Origin: an uncultured Syntrophorhabdus sp.
Lineage (GTDB): Bacteria; Desulfobacterota; BSN033; UBA1163
DNA length: 64,000 nt
Assembly (NCBI GenBank): GCA_964477935.1
Contig: CAYZFX010000007.1
Location: 21,553 to 85,552 of the forward strand
Direction of reading: 5' to 3'
The notes below the pieces were generated by a model. It was not told the DNA's origin. It made no database searches and saw only the letters and a program-made list of their open reading frames with translations. Below, in pieces: positions 8,889-19,756 of this stretch. Within the stretch, counting starts at the first letter, position 1; every line of letters begins with the position of its first letter. The position numbers were made by a program, and so were the translations under genes.

Positions 8889-9893
8889 TCAGGGAGGAAG
8901 ATACCCTGCCTCTCTCAACCAGTTTTCGGTCAGCCTCATCCCCTCCTCGAGGGAGACGCGCGGCTCAAAATTCAGTTCGCGCTTCGCTTTTTCGATGCAG
9001 AAACGCGACTGCCGGGTGAGATACCGGATGGCCTCCCTTGAGATCTTGGGCGTCTGGCCTGTAAATCTGGCCCTGAGCTCCATCCCGAGGGCAATGGCCT
9101 TTCCGAGCCAGGCAGGAACGGATCGAAGGACTGGTCTCCCAGCCATCCGGCCGTAATATCCAAAGAATTCCTTCCACGTCACAGGATGCCCATCGCTGAT
9201 CAGATAGGCCTGCCCCACAGCGGCCTCGTTCTTCGTTGCCGCGAGGACCCCATCGATGAGATTATCAATATAGACATAGTTGCAGAAACCCTTTCCCCCG
9301 TCGATGAGGATCATCTGGCCAGACTGGATCAGTTTGATGGGTCGGATGGTCCATGGATTGGAAAGCGGTCCATAGACATTGGCGGGCTGAATCACAATCA
9401 CAGGGATCTTGAACTCTCGATGGGCAGCCCAGACAGCCTTTTCCGCGTCAATCTTGGTATCGCAGTAGGGGTTTCCGCAGGGTTGAAAGGGGGTCGTCTC
9501 ATCCACGTGGTTCGGGGGGGTCATGCCATAGACCGCCACGCTGCTGAAGTGGATGAACTTTTTAACACCTGCCTCGGCTGAAGCTTTGAGGATATTCTCC
9601 GTTCCAGCCACATTGGTTTGATAGAAGACCTCCCGGTCTCCGGTTTCACGAACCATGGCCGCGCAGTGGAAGACGAGGTCGCAGCCATGGGTCGCCCTCC
9701 TTAACGAATCCATATCGAGGAGATCGGCGTGGACGATCTCAAGGGGAAGGTTCTTTAACCGTTCGGCCTTCCTCAGATTTCGGACCATGGCACGGATGCG
9801 GACACCCTCTTCCGTGGCCAACCGCTCAGCCAGACGGCCTCCGATGAACCCCGATGCCCCGGTCACCAACGCGGTCCGTCCCTGAATCTCCAT
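8889..9893 (-). CDS. NAD-dependent epimerase/dehydratase (extended SDR)
   Basis: TGASGFIGGRL Rossmann motif and YCDTK catalytic motif. Lies downstream of nifS on the same strand. Confidence 0.8.
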   Translation of the reverse strand: MEIQGRTALVTGASGFIGGRLAERLATEEGVRIRAMVRNLRKAERLKNLPLEIVHADLLDMDSLRRATHGCDLVFHCAAMVRETGDREVFYQTNVAGTENILKASAEAGVKKFIHFSSVAVYGMTPPNHVDETTPFQPCGNPYCDTKIDAEKAVWAAHREFKIPVIVIQPANVYGPLSNPWTIRPIKLIQSGQMILIDGGKGFCNYVYIDNLIDGVLAATKNEAAVGQAYLISDGHPVTWKEFFGYYGRMAGRPVLRSVPAWLGKAIALGMELRARFTGQTPKISREAIRYLTRQSRFCIEKAKRELNFEPRVSLEEGMRLTENWLREAGYLPP

Positions 9894-9917
9894 GGTTCCT
9901 CCTGATAGACGTGGCGG

Positions 9918-11099
9918 TTAGATCTTCCCCTGGGACTTCAGGTAGTCTTTCCAGAAGGGAGAGATGTCCCGCAACTTCTCGATGATGGGCGGGAGGTGCT
10001 CGATGATATAATCCATCTCCTCCTTGGTGTTGTAGATAGAGAGGCTGAAACGGATGGAACCGTGGGCCGCTGTAAAGGGCACGCCCATCGCCCGGAGCAC
10101 ATGGGAAGGTTCGAGGGAGCCTGAGGTGCAGGCCGATCCCGAGGAGGCGCAGATGCCTAAATCGGAAAGGAGAAGGAGAATCGATTCTCCCTCCACATAC
10201 TCAAAACTGACGCTCAACGTATTGGGGAGGCGGTTGTTCCGGTCCCCATTGACCAGGGTATTGGGAATCTTCTCAAGGATTTTCGATTCGAGGTAATCCC
10301 TCAGGGCTTTGACCCTCGTGTTCTCCTCTTCGAGATGCTTCTTCGCCAGTTCACAGGCTTTTCCGAGACCGATGATATAGGGGACATTCTCCGTGCCCCC
10401 CCTTCGGCCTTTCTCCTGATGCCCTCCGATAATGAAAGGAGAAAACTTGGTGCCCTTCCGGATATAAAGGACCCCGATTCCTTTGGGTGCGTGGAGTTTA
10501 TGGCCAGAGAGGGAGAGGAGATCGACGGTCGATTTTTTCATGTTCAGAGGGATCTTTCCCGCGGCCTGAACCGCATCGGTGTGGAAAGGAATGCCCCTCG
10601 CCTTGACGATCTGGCCGATCTCTTCGATCGGAAAGATCACACCGGTTTCGTTGTTGGCATACATGATGGAGACAAGGGCGGTGTCATCGGTGATCGATTC
10701 CTTCAACTCATCGAGATCGAGTCGCCCTTCTCGGTCAACGCGGATCTCGGTGGTCCGATACCCTTTCCGATGGAGATGGGTAGCGACATTCTTGACGGCC
10801 GGGTGCTCCACGCGGGAGGTGATGAAGTGGCGCTTTTCGGGATAGGAGTCCAGTGTGCCGAAGATGGCGGCATTGTCGCTCTCTGTTCCGCAACTTGTGA
10901 AGACGATTTCCGAGGGGTCGGCCCCCAAAAAGTCAGCCACCTGCTCCCTGGCCTCGTTCACCTTCTTCTGGACCTGCCCTCCGAAGAAGTGCATGCTCGA
11001 AGGATTTCCATACCATTCTGAAAAATAAGGCTGCATCGCCTCCACCACTTCAGGGGCTACCCGGGTGGTCGCATTATTATCCACATAGACAGTCTTCAC
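9918..11099 (-). CDS. nifS: Cysteine desulfurase NifS/IscS
   Basis: 393 aa class-V aminotransferase (SGHKLHAPKGIG, catalytic-Cys loop SSGSACTS). Overlaps nifU by 4 nt. Confidence 0.9.
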   Translation of the reverse strand: MKTVYVDNNATTRVAPEVVEAMQPYFSEWYGNPSSMHFFGGQVQKKVNEAREQVADFLGADPSEIVFTSCGTESDNAAIFGTLDSYPEKRHFITSRVEHPAVKNVATHLHRKGYRTTEIRVDREGRLDLDELKESITDDTALVSIMYANNETGVIFPIEEIGQIVKARGIPFHTDAVQAAGKIPLNMKKSTVDLLSLSGHKLHAPKGIGVLYIRKGTKFSPFIIGGHQEKGRRGGTENVPYIIGLGKACELAKKHLEEENTRVKALRDYLESKILEKIPNTLVNGDRNNRLPNTLSVSFEYVEGESILLLLSDLGICASSGSACTSGSLEPSHVLRAMGVPFTAAHGSIRFSLSIYNTKEEMDYIIEHLPPIIEKLRDISPFWKDYLKSQGKI

Positions 11100-11938
11100 G
11101 GCCTGACCTCCTCCACGACGATCTCATCGCTGACGAACTCCCGGAGTTTGGATTCGACATACTGTTTCAGGGTTAATTCGGAGCTGGGACAGAAGGAGCA
11201 CTTTCCTCTCAGGGCGACATAGACCTTGTTTCCCTCCACATCGATCAACTCCAGGTCTCCCCCGTCGGCCTTCAAGGCTGGGAGGATCTCCCTTCCCAGG
11301 GTCTCCTCGATCAATTTGATCTTCTGAATGTTGGTCAATTTCTTCTTCTCCGGCTTCGGGGTGACCCCCTCCTTCTCCATCTCTCTTCTCACGTTATCAA
11401 TGATGGCCTCGATCTTCGGGTGGCATTGGGCACATCCCCCACCTGCTTTCGTATAATAGGTGACCTGCTCAACGGTTCTCAGATCGTTTTCCCGGATGGC
11501 CCTCGTAATCTCCCGATCGGTCACACCAAAACATCTGCAGACGATCTCGAACTCCTCTTTGGCAACCTTCTGCCCGCGATAATTGGCGATGGCCAGTTCG
11601 AGGGCCTCCCGACCCATGACCGAGCAGTGCATCTTCTCTTCCGGAAGTCCTCCGAGGTAGTTGGCGATGTCCTGATTGGTCACTTTCTCGGCCTCTTCAA
11701 GGGTCATTCCCTTGACCATCTCGGTGAGGGCAGACGAGGAGGCGATAGCGCTGGCACAGCCGAACGTCTTGAATTTCACCTCCTTAATTCTCTTATGCTC
11801 GTCCAATTTGAAACTGAGTCTCAGGGCATCCCCGCAGGCCAGGGAACCCACCTCACCGACTCCGTCAGGGTCTTCCACCTCACCAACGTTCCTCGGGTTG
11901 AGAAAATGATCTTTGACCTTTTCCGTATAGTCCCACAT
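11096..11938 (-). CDS. nifU: Fe-S cluster assembly scaffold NifU (three-domain)
   Basis: 280 aa with an IscU-like N-terminus (LACGDALRL, HCSVMG), a central ferredoxin-like Cys cluster and a C-terminal NifU CxxC domain. Confidence 0.9.
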   Translation of the reverse strand: MWDYTEKVKDHFLNPRNVGEVEDPDGVGEVGSLACGDALRLSFKLDEHKRIKEVKFKTFGCASAIASSSALTEMVKGMTLEEAEKVTNQDIANYLGGLPEEKMHCSVMGREALELAIANYRGQKVAKEEFEIVCRCFGVTDREITRAIRENDLRTVEQVTYYTKAGGGCAQCHPKIEAIIDNVRREMEKEGVTPKPEKKKLTNIQKIKLIEETLGREILPALKADGGDLELIDVEGNKVYVALRGKCSFCPSSELTLKQYVESKLREFVSDEIVVEEVRP

Positions 11939-12336
11939 AGAAAACCCCCTCTTATTAAATCATTATAAATTCATTCCCTTCATATCGTCAACTCTTTCAA
12001 AAAGTTAGAAATAAGTTCTCCGGAAATTATCCGCCCGTCAAAACCCTATGTCCCGATCGAAGTTTGACGGAATTATCTCACGTCTCTTCTAACGAAAAGA
12101 ATTCCATTTCATCCAATCTGCACGGTGTATATTTCTAATTTTCACATGAATAATTTTTTTATTCCCATGGACCACAATAATATCGAATAGTTATAAAACT
12201 TACCCGAGAAGATGGGGCAAATCTATGTATAATAATTTAATACATAATGGGGTAAACGGTTATCTTTTTAAAAGGAAGTTGATAAAAAACATAATAAAAT
12301 CATTGAATTGTAAAAAGTGACCATAAAATATTAAGT

Positions 12337-12352
12337 TGGCATTCTTGATGCA
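12337..12352 (+). promoter_or_regulatory. Candidate sigma54 (-24/-12) promoter TTGGCAT-N5-ATGCA
   Basis: GG and GC dinucleotides at the canonical 11-nt spacing, about 50 nt upstream of the 12400 ORF; sits in a 460-bp AT-rich intergenic region. Confidence 0.35.
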
Positions 12353-12399
12353 TCAATAAGGGCGAAGACGTTAAAAATTGAGAAAAGGAGGACAAAAAG

Positions 12400-12681
12400 A
12401 TGAGAGCAAAAGAGATCTTCAAAGCAGGGATGATGGGAGCGGTGATGGCCCTTATGGCGACTCCGGCCTTTGCAAGAACCATTGAATTGAAAGAGGCGGG
12501 ACCTACCCTCTGGATCTTCGTGGCGATCGGAGCAGTGATCGTTCTCATGCAGCTGATTCCGGCCCTCGTCCTCTTCTTCAGCTTCATCGGCACCACCGCC
12601 ACGATGGCTTTAAAGAGAAAGGCGGCTGAGGTAGAGGGAGTAACGGTCCCCGGACTCGAACCGGTTGCGGTGAAGAAGTAA
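12400..12681 (+). CDS. Small exported/membrane protein (93 aa), unknown function
   Basis: Signal peptide ending AFA-RT, then one hydrophobic helix. Strong SD AAAGGAGGA 8 nt upstream. Confidence 0.5.
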   Translation: MRAKEIFKAGMMGAVMALMATPAFARTIELKEAGPTLWIFVAIGAVIVLMQLIPALVLFFSFIGTTATMALKRKAAEVEGVTVPGLEPVAVKK

Positions 12682-12755
12682 GGGCAGGAACATCAGCTTG
12701 GGGCTCGGCCGAACGATCCTGCGGCACCCCCGGGGATGCCGCAGGATAGGAAACT

Positions 12756-14537
12756 TTAAAAGGGATACCTTCCCAACTTGATCGTATAATCGGCTATCTC
12801 CCTCCGTAAGGCGATGGTATTGACAGGGGTGAAACGGGTGAGTTTTTTGAGGGCCGACAACTGAGTCCGAAGGGTATCCCCTTCTGCAATCGCCGACAGG
12901 GCCTGTTTGGCATAATCTTCGACCCGGTTGAATCCGTCATTAACATAGACCTGAACCATGGCCTTTTGAACCTTGGCCCGTTCGTCATTCGACCTCTCTG
13001 AGGTCTTTAAGGCCCTCAGCAGAGCGCTCTCCATCGCGAAGACCTCGATGACGATATCGCTGATCAGCCCGAGGATCTCCTGCTCATCCGCCAGCTTGGA
13101 CATATACTTCTGAACTGCTGCCCCAGCCACCAGCAGGCCAATCTTCTTGGCCATCTCGACCATCTCTTTCTGCATGGTCAGTCTTCCATCGTCCGTCTCG
13201 ATCTTGGGACGGAGCGTAAGGAGTTCTCCCGCTACCTTCTGAGCGGCTGCCAGAACAGGTAACCGGTTTTTCAATGCCCGCTTCGTCAGCATATCGACGA
13301 TCACCAGCCGATTGATCTCGTTCGTCCCCTCCCAGATCCGGTTGATCCGGTTATCCCGGTAGCCCCTCTCGATCTCATAATCGTGAATATAACCGTATCC
13401 GCCGTGGATCTGAAGGGCCTCGTCCACGATATAATCGGCCATCTCAGAGGAATAAACCTTGTTGATCGAGTCTTCGATGGCATACTCTTCTATTCCATTG
13501 GCCATCTGAATGCCCGCATCCTCGGCATTGTGATCGATCTTCTGGAGGATCCGGTCGATCAGCGCCGCAGTGCGGTAGACCATGCTCTCCGTGGTGAAGG
13601 TCCGGATCGCCATCTCCGCAATCTTATGTTTGATCATCCCGAATTCGGCGATGGGCTTGCCGAATTGGACCCTCTGCTTCGCATAGGTGACCGCACCCTG
13701 GAGGGCATATTTGGAGGCGCCCAGACACCCCCCTCCCAATTTAAACCGGCCAATATTGAGGGTATTGAAGGCAACCACATGGCCTCGCCCGATCTCCCCC
13801 AGGACATTCTCCACGGGCACCTTGGCATCCGTGAAGATGACGCTGCGGGTGGAGGACCCTTTCATCCCCATCTTATTCTCCTCCTCGTCAAGGGAGACGC
13901 CTTCAAATGTTCTTTCGACGATGAAGGAAGTGAATTTCGTTCCGTCCACCTTGGCGTAGGTCACAAAGAGGTCGGCGAATCCGGCATTGGAGATGAACTG
14001 TTTCTGTCCATTGAGGATGTAATATTTCCCGTCGGGGCTGAGCACGGCCGTCGTCTTGGCATTGAGGGCATCCGAACCAGCCTCCGGCTCGGTGAGGGCA
14101 TAGGCCGTGATCATTTCGCCTGTAGCGATCTTAGGAAGGTAACGTCTCTTCTGATCTCGGTTTCCGAAGAAGATGATCGGAAGAGAACCGATACCGGTAT
14201 GGACCGCATAGGCGGTCATAAATGAACCTCCTCCCTGAGCCAGCTTCTCCATCAGGAGGATGATGCTGACCTTATCGAGGGCCTGACCCTCAAACTCTTC
14301 CGGAATATCCCCGGAGAGGAATCCTAACTCCCCGGCCTTCTTGAGCAGACCGGGCAGCAATCCCTCCTTCTGGGTCTCGATCTCCTCCTTGACGGGCTCC
14401 AGCTCGCCCACGACAAACTCCATGGCCGCTTTCGCGATCAGGCGCTGCTCCTCGCTGAACTCCTCAGGGGTGAAAACGTCTTGAGGCGATATCGGCTCCA
14501 ACAGAAACGATCCACCTTTTACGAAACCTTCTTCCAT
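12756..14537 (-). CDS. fadE: Acyl-CoA dehydrogenase, long form (B. subtilis FadE-like)
   Basis: 593 aa. ACAD N-terminal, middle and C-terminal domains plus an extra C-terminal domain. Last gene of the beta-oxidation operon. Confidence 0.85.
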   Translation of the reverse strand: MEEGFVKGGSFLLEPISPQDVFTPEEFSEEQRLIAKAAMEFVVGELEPVKEEIETQKEGLLPGLLKKAGELGFLSGDIPEEFEGQALDKVSIILLMEKLAQGGGSFMTAYAVHTGIGSLPIIFFGNRDQKRRYLPKIATGEMITAYALTEPEAGSDALNAKTTAVLSPDGKYYILNGQKQFISNAGFADLFVTYAKVDGTKFTSFIVERTFEGVSLDEEENKMGMKGSSTRSVIFTDAKVPVENVLGEIGRGHVVAFNTLNIGRFKLGGGCLGASKYALQGAVTYAKQRVQFGKPIAEFGMIKHKIAEMAIRTFTTESMVYRTAALIDRILQKIDHNAEDAGIQMANGIEEYAIEDSINKVYSSEMADYIVDEALQIHGGYGYIHDYEIERGYRDNRINRIWEGTNEINRLVIVDMLTKRALKNRLPVLAAAQKVAGELLTLRPKIETDDGRLTMQKEMVEMAKKIGLLVAGAAVQKYMSKLADEQEILGLISDIVIEVFAMESALLRALKTSERSNDERAKVQKAMVQVYVNDGFNRVEDYAKQALSAIAEGDTLRTQLSALKKLTRFTPVNTIALRREIADYTIKLGRYPF

Positions 14538-14626
14538 AAGAACCTCCTCTGGTATAATGATCCATCGATAAAAGGAAAAGGTTGAAGGGATTTCTTAAAA
14601 ACGATGAAGAAATGCCCTTGGACCGA

Positions 14627-15814
14627 TCAGGTCGCGTCCGGGTTCTCAAAGAGGCCTGCCGCTCCCATCCCTCCGCCGATGCACATGGAGACCAGGCCGT
14701 AACGCACCTTTCGGCGTTTCATCTCGTAGAGAAGGGTGGTGGTGAGTTTGGCCCCTGTACATCCAAGGGGGTGGCCCATCGCAATGGCACCGCCGTTCAC
14801 ATTGACGATATCGAGATTGAGCCCCAGTTCCCTCACCACATAGTAGGCTTGTGAGGCAAAGGCTTCATTCAGCTCGATCAGGCCGATCTCCTCGAGCCTG
14901 AGGCCGGCCTTTCTGAGCACCTTTGGAATGGCGTAAGCAGGCCCGATCCCCATCACCTCCGGAGGAACCCCCGCCACGGCAAACGCCCGAAAGAAGGCCA
15001 TAGGTTTAAGCCCAAGGGCATCCGCCCTCTCCTTCGACATCAGGACTAAAGCGGCCGCACCATCGCTCGTCTGGGAGGAATTCCCTGCGGTGACCGTCCC
15101 TTTGGCTTTGAAGACTGGCTTCAACGCAGCCAGGGCCTCCAGAGAAGCATCATATCGAACGCCTTCATCCGTGTCGAAGATCACCTCTTTAACGATCACT
15201 GTTCCGTCCTCCCTGACCTCCTTCACCTTTGCCGGAACAGGCAGGATCTCCTCCTTGAACTTCCCCTCTTGGATAGCCCTGGCCGCCTTCTGGTGGCTCA
15301 GGAGGGCAAAACGATCCTGCTCTTCCCGGCTGATGCCGAACCGTTCGGCCACGTTCTCCGCGGTCAATCCCATGGAGGTGTAAACCTGGGGATTGTGATC
15401 CACGAGATAGGGATTGGGGGAAGGGGTTAAGCCCATGATGGGTACCTGGCTCATGAACTCCACGCCACCCGCAAGCATCACCTCCGTCGCCCCCACCATG
15501 ATCTCATAGGCCGCCGTGGCAATCGCCTGGAGACCGGAGGAGCAGAATCGGTTCACCGTCTGCCCAGGAACCGTGTAAGGAAAACCCGCCCTCATAGCCA
15601 GGACCCTGGCGAGATTGAGCCCCTGATCCGATTCTGGAAAGGCACACCCGATGACGACATCGTCCACGTCTTCCATCTTCAGGCCGGGAACCCGGGCAAC
15701 CGCCTCCCGGATGACGAGGGCGCCCACGTCATCAGGTCGCGTATCTTTCAAGGTCCCCCGGGGAGCCTTCCCTACCGCTGTCCTTACCGCCGAAACCACC
15801 ACTGCTTCTCTCAT
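14627..15814 (-). CDS. fadA: Acetyl-CoA C-acyltransferase (3-ketoacyl-CoA thiolase)
   Basis: 395 aa thiolase with active-site Cys motifs ([28 protein letters not shown]). Confidence 0.9.
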   Translation of the reverse strand: MREAVVVSAVRTAVGKAPRGTLKDTRPDDVGALVIREAVARVPGLKMEDVDDVVIGCAFPESDQGLNLARVLAMRAGFPYTVPGQTVNRFCSSGLQAIATAAYEIMVGATEVMLAGGVEFMSQVPIMGLTPSPNPYLVDHNPQVYTSMGLTAENVAERFGISREEQDRFALLSHQKAARAIQEGKFKEEILPVPAKVKEVREDGTVIVKEVIFDTDEGVRYDASLEALAALKPVFKAKGTVTAGNSSQTSDGAAALVLMSKERADALGLKPMAFFRAFAVAGVPPEVMGIGPAYAIPKVLRKAGLRLEEIGLIELNEAFASQAYYVVRELGLNLDIVNVNGGAIAMGHPLGCTGAKLTTTLLYEMKRRKVRYGLVSMCIGGGMGAAGLFENPDAT

Positions 15815-15875
15815 AGAATCCTCCTCTCCCCACCCAACCCTTCCCTCAAGAGGAAAAGGGTAAGGTTGGCCTGGG

Positions 15876-18281
15876 TTAATTTCTGAGCGGTTTCCCTTTC
15901 TTCAACATATATTCGATGCGCTCCTGCGTCTTCGCTTCACCGCAAAGGCTCAGAAAAGCCTCTCGCTCGAGATCGAGGAGATACTGTTCCGTGACCTCGG
16001 TCCCATCCGGCAGATTGCCTCCCGACATGATATGGGCCACCTTCCTGGCCACATGCTCATCATATTCGCTGATGTATCCACCTTCTCTCATATAGAAGAG
16101 CCCCATCTTCATCAAGGCCAGTCCCCTTTCACCCATGACCTTGATCTTTTTGGGTCTGGGAGGACGGTAATTCTCCTTCACCATCTGGAGCACGGTCTCT
16201 TTCGCCTCATGGATCAGGTAATCGCGATTGATCGAGATCCGATCGGTGGCCCTCATATATCCCAACTTCTGGGCCTCCTTGGCGCTGGTCGATACCTTGG
16301 CCATGGCCACCGTCTCAAAGGCCCTTCGGACAAAGGGAAGGTAGTCTGCCTCCACGTCGGGTGGGATGTGCTCGATCGACCGCATGAGCATCTCCTTCGT
16401 CCCTCCGCCCGCGGGGATCAACCCCACCCCCACTTCGACGAGCCCCATGTAGGTCTCCGCGGCTGCCCGCACCCTGGAACAGGCAAGACAGATCTCGCAT
16501 CCTCCAGCCAGGGTCATCCCGAAGGGCGCAGCAACCACCGGTTTCGCAAAATACTTTACCGCCATCAGGGCATCCTGAAAGGCCTTGACGATCATGTCGA
16601 TGTCATCCCAGTTCTCATCCTGAATCTCGAAGAGAAGGAGCATCAGGTTCGCCCCCACCGAGAAGTTCTCGGCCTGATTCCCAATGACGAGGCCATCGAA
16701 TTTCTCCTCCACCACTTTCAGGGAATCCCGGATCATCTGGACCGTATCCGCTCCGATGGTGTTCATCTTCGAATGGAATTCGAGACAGGCCACCCCATCG
16801 CCCAGATCGATGAGGCTCGCCCCGGGGTTGGAGATCACGGTTCTGCCCCTCTCCTTCAGGCTGGGCAGAAGGATGATCTCGGGTTTCTCCTCGATCGCCT
16901 GATACTGCCCGCTTCCGAAGTCGAAGTAAGAGACACGGCCCTCCCTCTTTTCATAAAAAGAGGTGTATCCTTGGCTGAGTAGCCTTTCGACAAGCGGTGG
17001 GATCGTCTCCCCCTCCTTGGCCATGCGTTCGACGGAAGGCTTCACCCCGATGGCATCCCATTGTTCGAAGGGTCCCAGTTCCCAGTTATATCCCCATCGC
17101 ATGGCCCGATCGATATTGACAATGTCATCGGAAATCTCAGGGACCCTCTCCGCCGCATAGAGAAAGGTCTTCTTCAAAATCTTCCAGGCAAGCTGACCAC
17201 CCCGATCCGGGCTATTGACCATCGTTCTCAGCCGCTCCCGGACATCGTCGATATTTTTACATGTCTCCACCGAAGGGAAAGTGATTTTCTTGGGTGGCCG
17301 GTATTCCATCTTTTCATAATCGAGCACCAGGGTTTCGTCCTTTCCTTCCCCCTTGACCCTTTTGTAAAAACCCTGTTTCGTCTTTTGGCCCAACCACTGG
17401 TTCTTGATCATCTGTTCGATGATCGGGGAAGGTTTGAAATACTCTCTTTCTTTCCCTTCGGGAAGGTTCTCATAGAGATTCTTAGAGACGTGAGACATGA
17501 CATCGAGCCCGACCAGATCGGCGAGCTTGAAGGTGGCCAGCTTCGTCCTCGCGATGGCAGGGCCAGTGATTTGATCGATCTCCTCAATAAGGTAGCCTTC
17601 CTCTATCGCAGTCCTCATCGTCACGGCTCCGGCAAACGCCCCGATTCGATTGCCGATGAAATTGGGCGTATCCTTCGCGAAAACCACCCCCTTCCCCAGA
17701 ATCTTCTCGCCTACCTCGGCCATCAGGACCACAACCTCCCTGGAGGTCGATCGAGCGGGTATGATCTCGAGAAGTTTCATATAACGGGGCGGATTGAAGA
17801 AGTGGGTTCCTAAAAACCGCTCCTCGAAATCTGGCGGAAACCCGTCGCACATCTTCTGGATGGAGATGCCGGAGGTGTTGGAGCTGATCACGGTCCCTTC
17901 CCTTAAGAAGGGAAGCACCTTTTTGAAGAGCTCCCGTTTCAAACTTAAATTTTCTACCACCGCTTCGATCACCCAGTCGACCTCCGAGACCCACGAGAGA
18001 TGATCCTCGAAATTTCCCACCGTGATCAGCTCCGCATCTTCTTTCAGGTAAAGAGGAGCGGGTTTGGCCTCTTGGATATTCTTCTTCCCTTGGAGAGAAA
18101 ACCGGTTTCTGAACTCCCAACTGTCGGGAGTCAAACCCCTTTTCTTCTCGGCCTCGCTGAGTTCCGAGGGTACAATATCGAGTAAAAAAGAAGGAATCCC
18201 CACATTGGCCAGGTGGGCTGCAATGGCACTTCCCATCACGCCTGCTCCCAATACCGCTGCCTTTCTGATTCTCTTTTTCAT
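15876..18281 (-). CDS. fadN: Bifunctional 3-hydroxyacyl-CoA dehydrogenase / enoyl-CoA hydratase (HCDH N-terminal, crotonase C-terminal; FadN-type)
   Basis: 801 aa. N-terminal NAD fold [16 protein letters not shown] and a C-terminal crotonase fold. Domain order matches B. subtilis FadN rather than E. coli FadB. Confidence 0.9.
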   Translation of the reverse strand: MKKRIRKAAVLGAGVMGSAIAAHLANVGIPSFLLDIVPSELSEAEKKRGLTPDSWEFRNRFSLQGKKNIQEAKPAPLYLKEDAELITVGNFEDHLSWVSEVDWVIEAVVENLSLKRELFKKVLPFLREGTVISSNTSGISIQKMCDGFPPDFEERFLGTHFFNPPRYMKLLEIIPARSTSREVVVLMAEVGEKILGKGVVFAKDTPNFIGNRIGAFAGAVTMRTAIEEGYLIEEIDQITGPAIARTKLATFKLADLVGLDVMSHVSKNLYENLPEGKEREYFKPSPIIEQMIKNQWLGQKTKQGFYKRVKGEGKDETLVLDYEKMEYRPPKKITFPSVETCKNIDDVRERLRTMVNSPDRGGQLAWKILKKTFLYAAERVPEISDDIVNIDRAMRWGYNWELGPFEQWDAIGVKPSVERMAKEGETIPPLVERLLSQGYTSFYEKREGRVSYFDFGSGQYQAIEEKPEIILLPSLKERGRTVISNPGASLIDLGDGVACLEFHSKMNTIGADTVQMIRDSLKVVEEKFDGLVIGNQAENFSVGANLMLLLFEIQDENWDDIDMIVKAFQDALMAVKYFAKPVVAAPFGMTLAGGCEICLACSRVRAAAETYMGLVEVGVGLIPAGGGTKEMLMRSIEHIPPDVEADYLPFVRRAFETVAMAKVSTSAKEAQKLGYMRATDRISINRDYLIHEAKETVLQMVKENYRPPRPKKIKVMGERGLALMKMGLFYMREGGYISEYDEHVARKVAHIMSGGNLPDGTEVTEQYLLDLEREAFLSLCGEAKTQERIEYMLKKGKPLRN

Positions 18282-19105
18282 CGTTCCACCCCTTTTCTTT
18301 TTAGAAATGCCTGAATCGTATTCTTCTTAGAAATTTGCCCTGCCGTGACGAAACGGAATCGATCTCCCGGCCCGAGGAGTCTCCTTTGGATCTCCTGTGG
18401 AGAAAGCCCCTGTTTCACCCCCTCTTCAACTCCCTCCCGGATCCCCTCGAGAAAGTCGATCTTCTCCTGGAGGGCCTCTCTGGGTTTTTTGATGAGGCCG
18501 CTAAACGAACAATACATCCTACGGGGGGCGAGGGTGGCCACCTTCCTGAGGGAGGCAAGAAGCTCTTCAAGATTTTCATCCTCCCTCGCATACCTCACCT
18601 CGGCGTCAAGAAAGAGGTCGCCGGAAAACAACCAACCCTCGTTCGGTTCGTAAAGGCAGAGGTGATCGTCTGAATGTCCGGGTGTTGGGATCACCCTGAA
18701 ACAAAAATGCTTGGTCTCAATCTCCGAACCCACTATGCTCATATTGGATGGGGGAGGAACTCCCCAGACCCTCCGGCGATAAAACTTGATCCACCTTGAA
18801 GGCGATCTTAGGTAAGCGCTCGCCCTTGGGTGGGCCATCGGGATAATGCCATATCTCTTTGTGATCCAGAAATTATTCCCCGTATGGTCCTCATGGTGAT
18901 GGGTGTTGACCAGTGTCTGGATTCCAGGAAGGGCATCACAAACTTTTAAGAATCCCTCCCGGCATCTGACAAACCCCGTGTCGATGAGAAGGCCATCCAC
19001 ATAAAAGGCATGGACCTTGAAGACCGGAATGCCCATGATCCGACTCGTCATTTGAATCGAAAAGACCGGACCGTGTGACTCTGGTCGAAGGGAATACCGG
19101 ATCAT
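18278..19105 (-). CDS. MBL-fold metallo-hydrolase
   Basis: HHHEDHTGN metallo-beta-lactamase motif. 4-nt overlaps with the neighbouring genes on both sides. Confidence 0.75.
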   Translation of the reverse strand: MIRYSLRPESHGPVFSIQMTSRIMGIPVFKVHAFYVDGLLIDTGFVRCREGFLKVCDALPGIQTLVNTHHHEDHTGNNFWITKRYGIIPMAHPRASAYLRSPSRWIKFYRRRVWGVPPPSNMSIVGSEIETKHFCFRVIPTPGHSDDHLCLYEPNEGWLFSGDLFLDAEVRYAREDENLEELLASLRKVATLAPRRMYCSFSGLIKKPREALQEKIDFLEGIREGVEEGVKQGLSPQEIQRRLLGPGDRFRFVTAGQISKKNTIQAFLKRKGVER

Positions 19106-19737
19106 GGTTCATTCGACGACTTCGCGCCCACCCCGTTCAGAATGAACTGGATGAATTCATTGAGCTGGCTCGCACCGACGGGCTGGTCCGCATTCTGCCG
19201 GCCATAGGTGAACCCTTTGAATAACAGAAAGAGACAATGGCCGACGACCTTCTCATCCATCTTACGGAAGATTCCTTTCGCCATGCCCTCCGTTAATATC
19301 GAGATAAAGATCTCTTCGATCCCGGTTTCGATGATATGGGGCTTCTCTTTGAGAAAAGGGGCATAAAATCCAGAAGCATCGTTCAGGACATTGACGATGA
19401 AAGGATTCTGCTCGAGGTATTTATTGGACAATCGAATGTAGGTCTGAAGTTTCTCGGCGGGGTTGGGAATCTTGCCGATCTGGTTCAAAATCGCTTTTCG
19501 AACGGATAGGGCTTCAAACATCAGGAGTTCCTCAAGAATCTTCTCCTTGCTTTCGAACTCCTGATAGAGGGTCCGCTTTGAGATGCCGGCGTCCCTGGCG
19601 ATTTCATCCACGGTCGTCTTATTGAAGCCGAACCGCTCAAAGCGCTTCTTGGCGAGACTTAAAATCTGAGCCCTCTTTTCAGATTCCATAAGCCAGAAAC
19701 AATAGAAACCTAAAACAGTTTTACAGTTTTCTACCAT
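19102..19737 (-). CDS. TetR/AcrR-family transcriptional regulator (FadR-like, first gene of the fad operon)
   Basis: N-terminal HTH TTVDEIARDAGISKRTLYQEF. The likely true start is MESEKR at 19689, which places the promoter and operator at 19711-19756. Confidence 0.8.
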   Translation of the reverse strand: MVENCKTVLGFYCFWLMESEKRAQILSLAKKRFERFGFNKTTVDEIARDAGISKRTLYQEFESKEKILEELLMFEALSVRKAILNQIGKIPNPAEKLQTYIRLSNKYLEQNPFIVNVLNDASGFYAPFLKEKPHIIETGIEEIFISILTEGMAKGIFRKMDEKVVGHCLFLLFKGFTYGRQNADQPVGASQLNEFIQFILNGVGAKSSNEP

Positions 19738-19756
19738 GACCGAAATTTTTTGTCAA
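19711..19756 (-). promoter_or_regulatory. Sigma70-like promoter (TTGACA, 17 nt, TAGAAA) with a 13-bp perfect palindrome TAAAACAGTTTTA (19711-19723) at the TSS; candidate TetR operator
   Basis: Seen in sequence on the minus strand. The palindrome lies between the -10 and the probable MESEKR start. Confidence 0.4.

Noticed and set aside
16032-17813. Plus-strand ORFs (316 aa, 250 aa) antisense to fadN
   Set aside because: Same reasoning: no motifs, biased composition, inside a conserved CDS.
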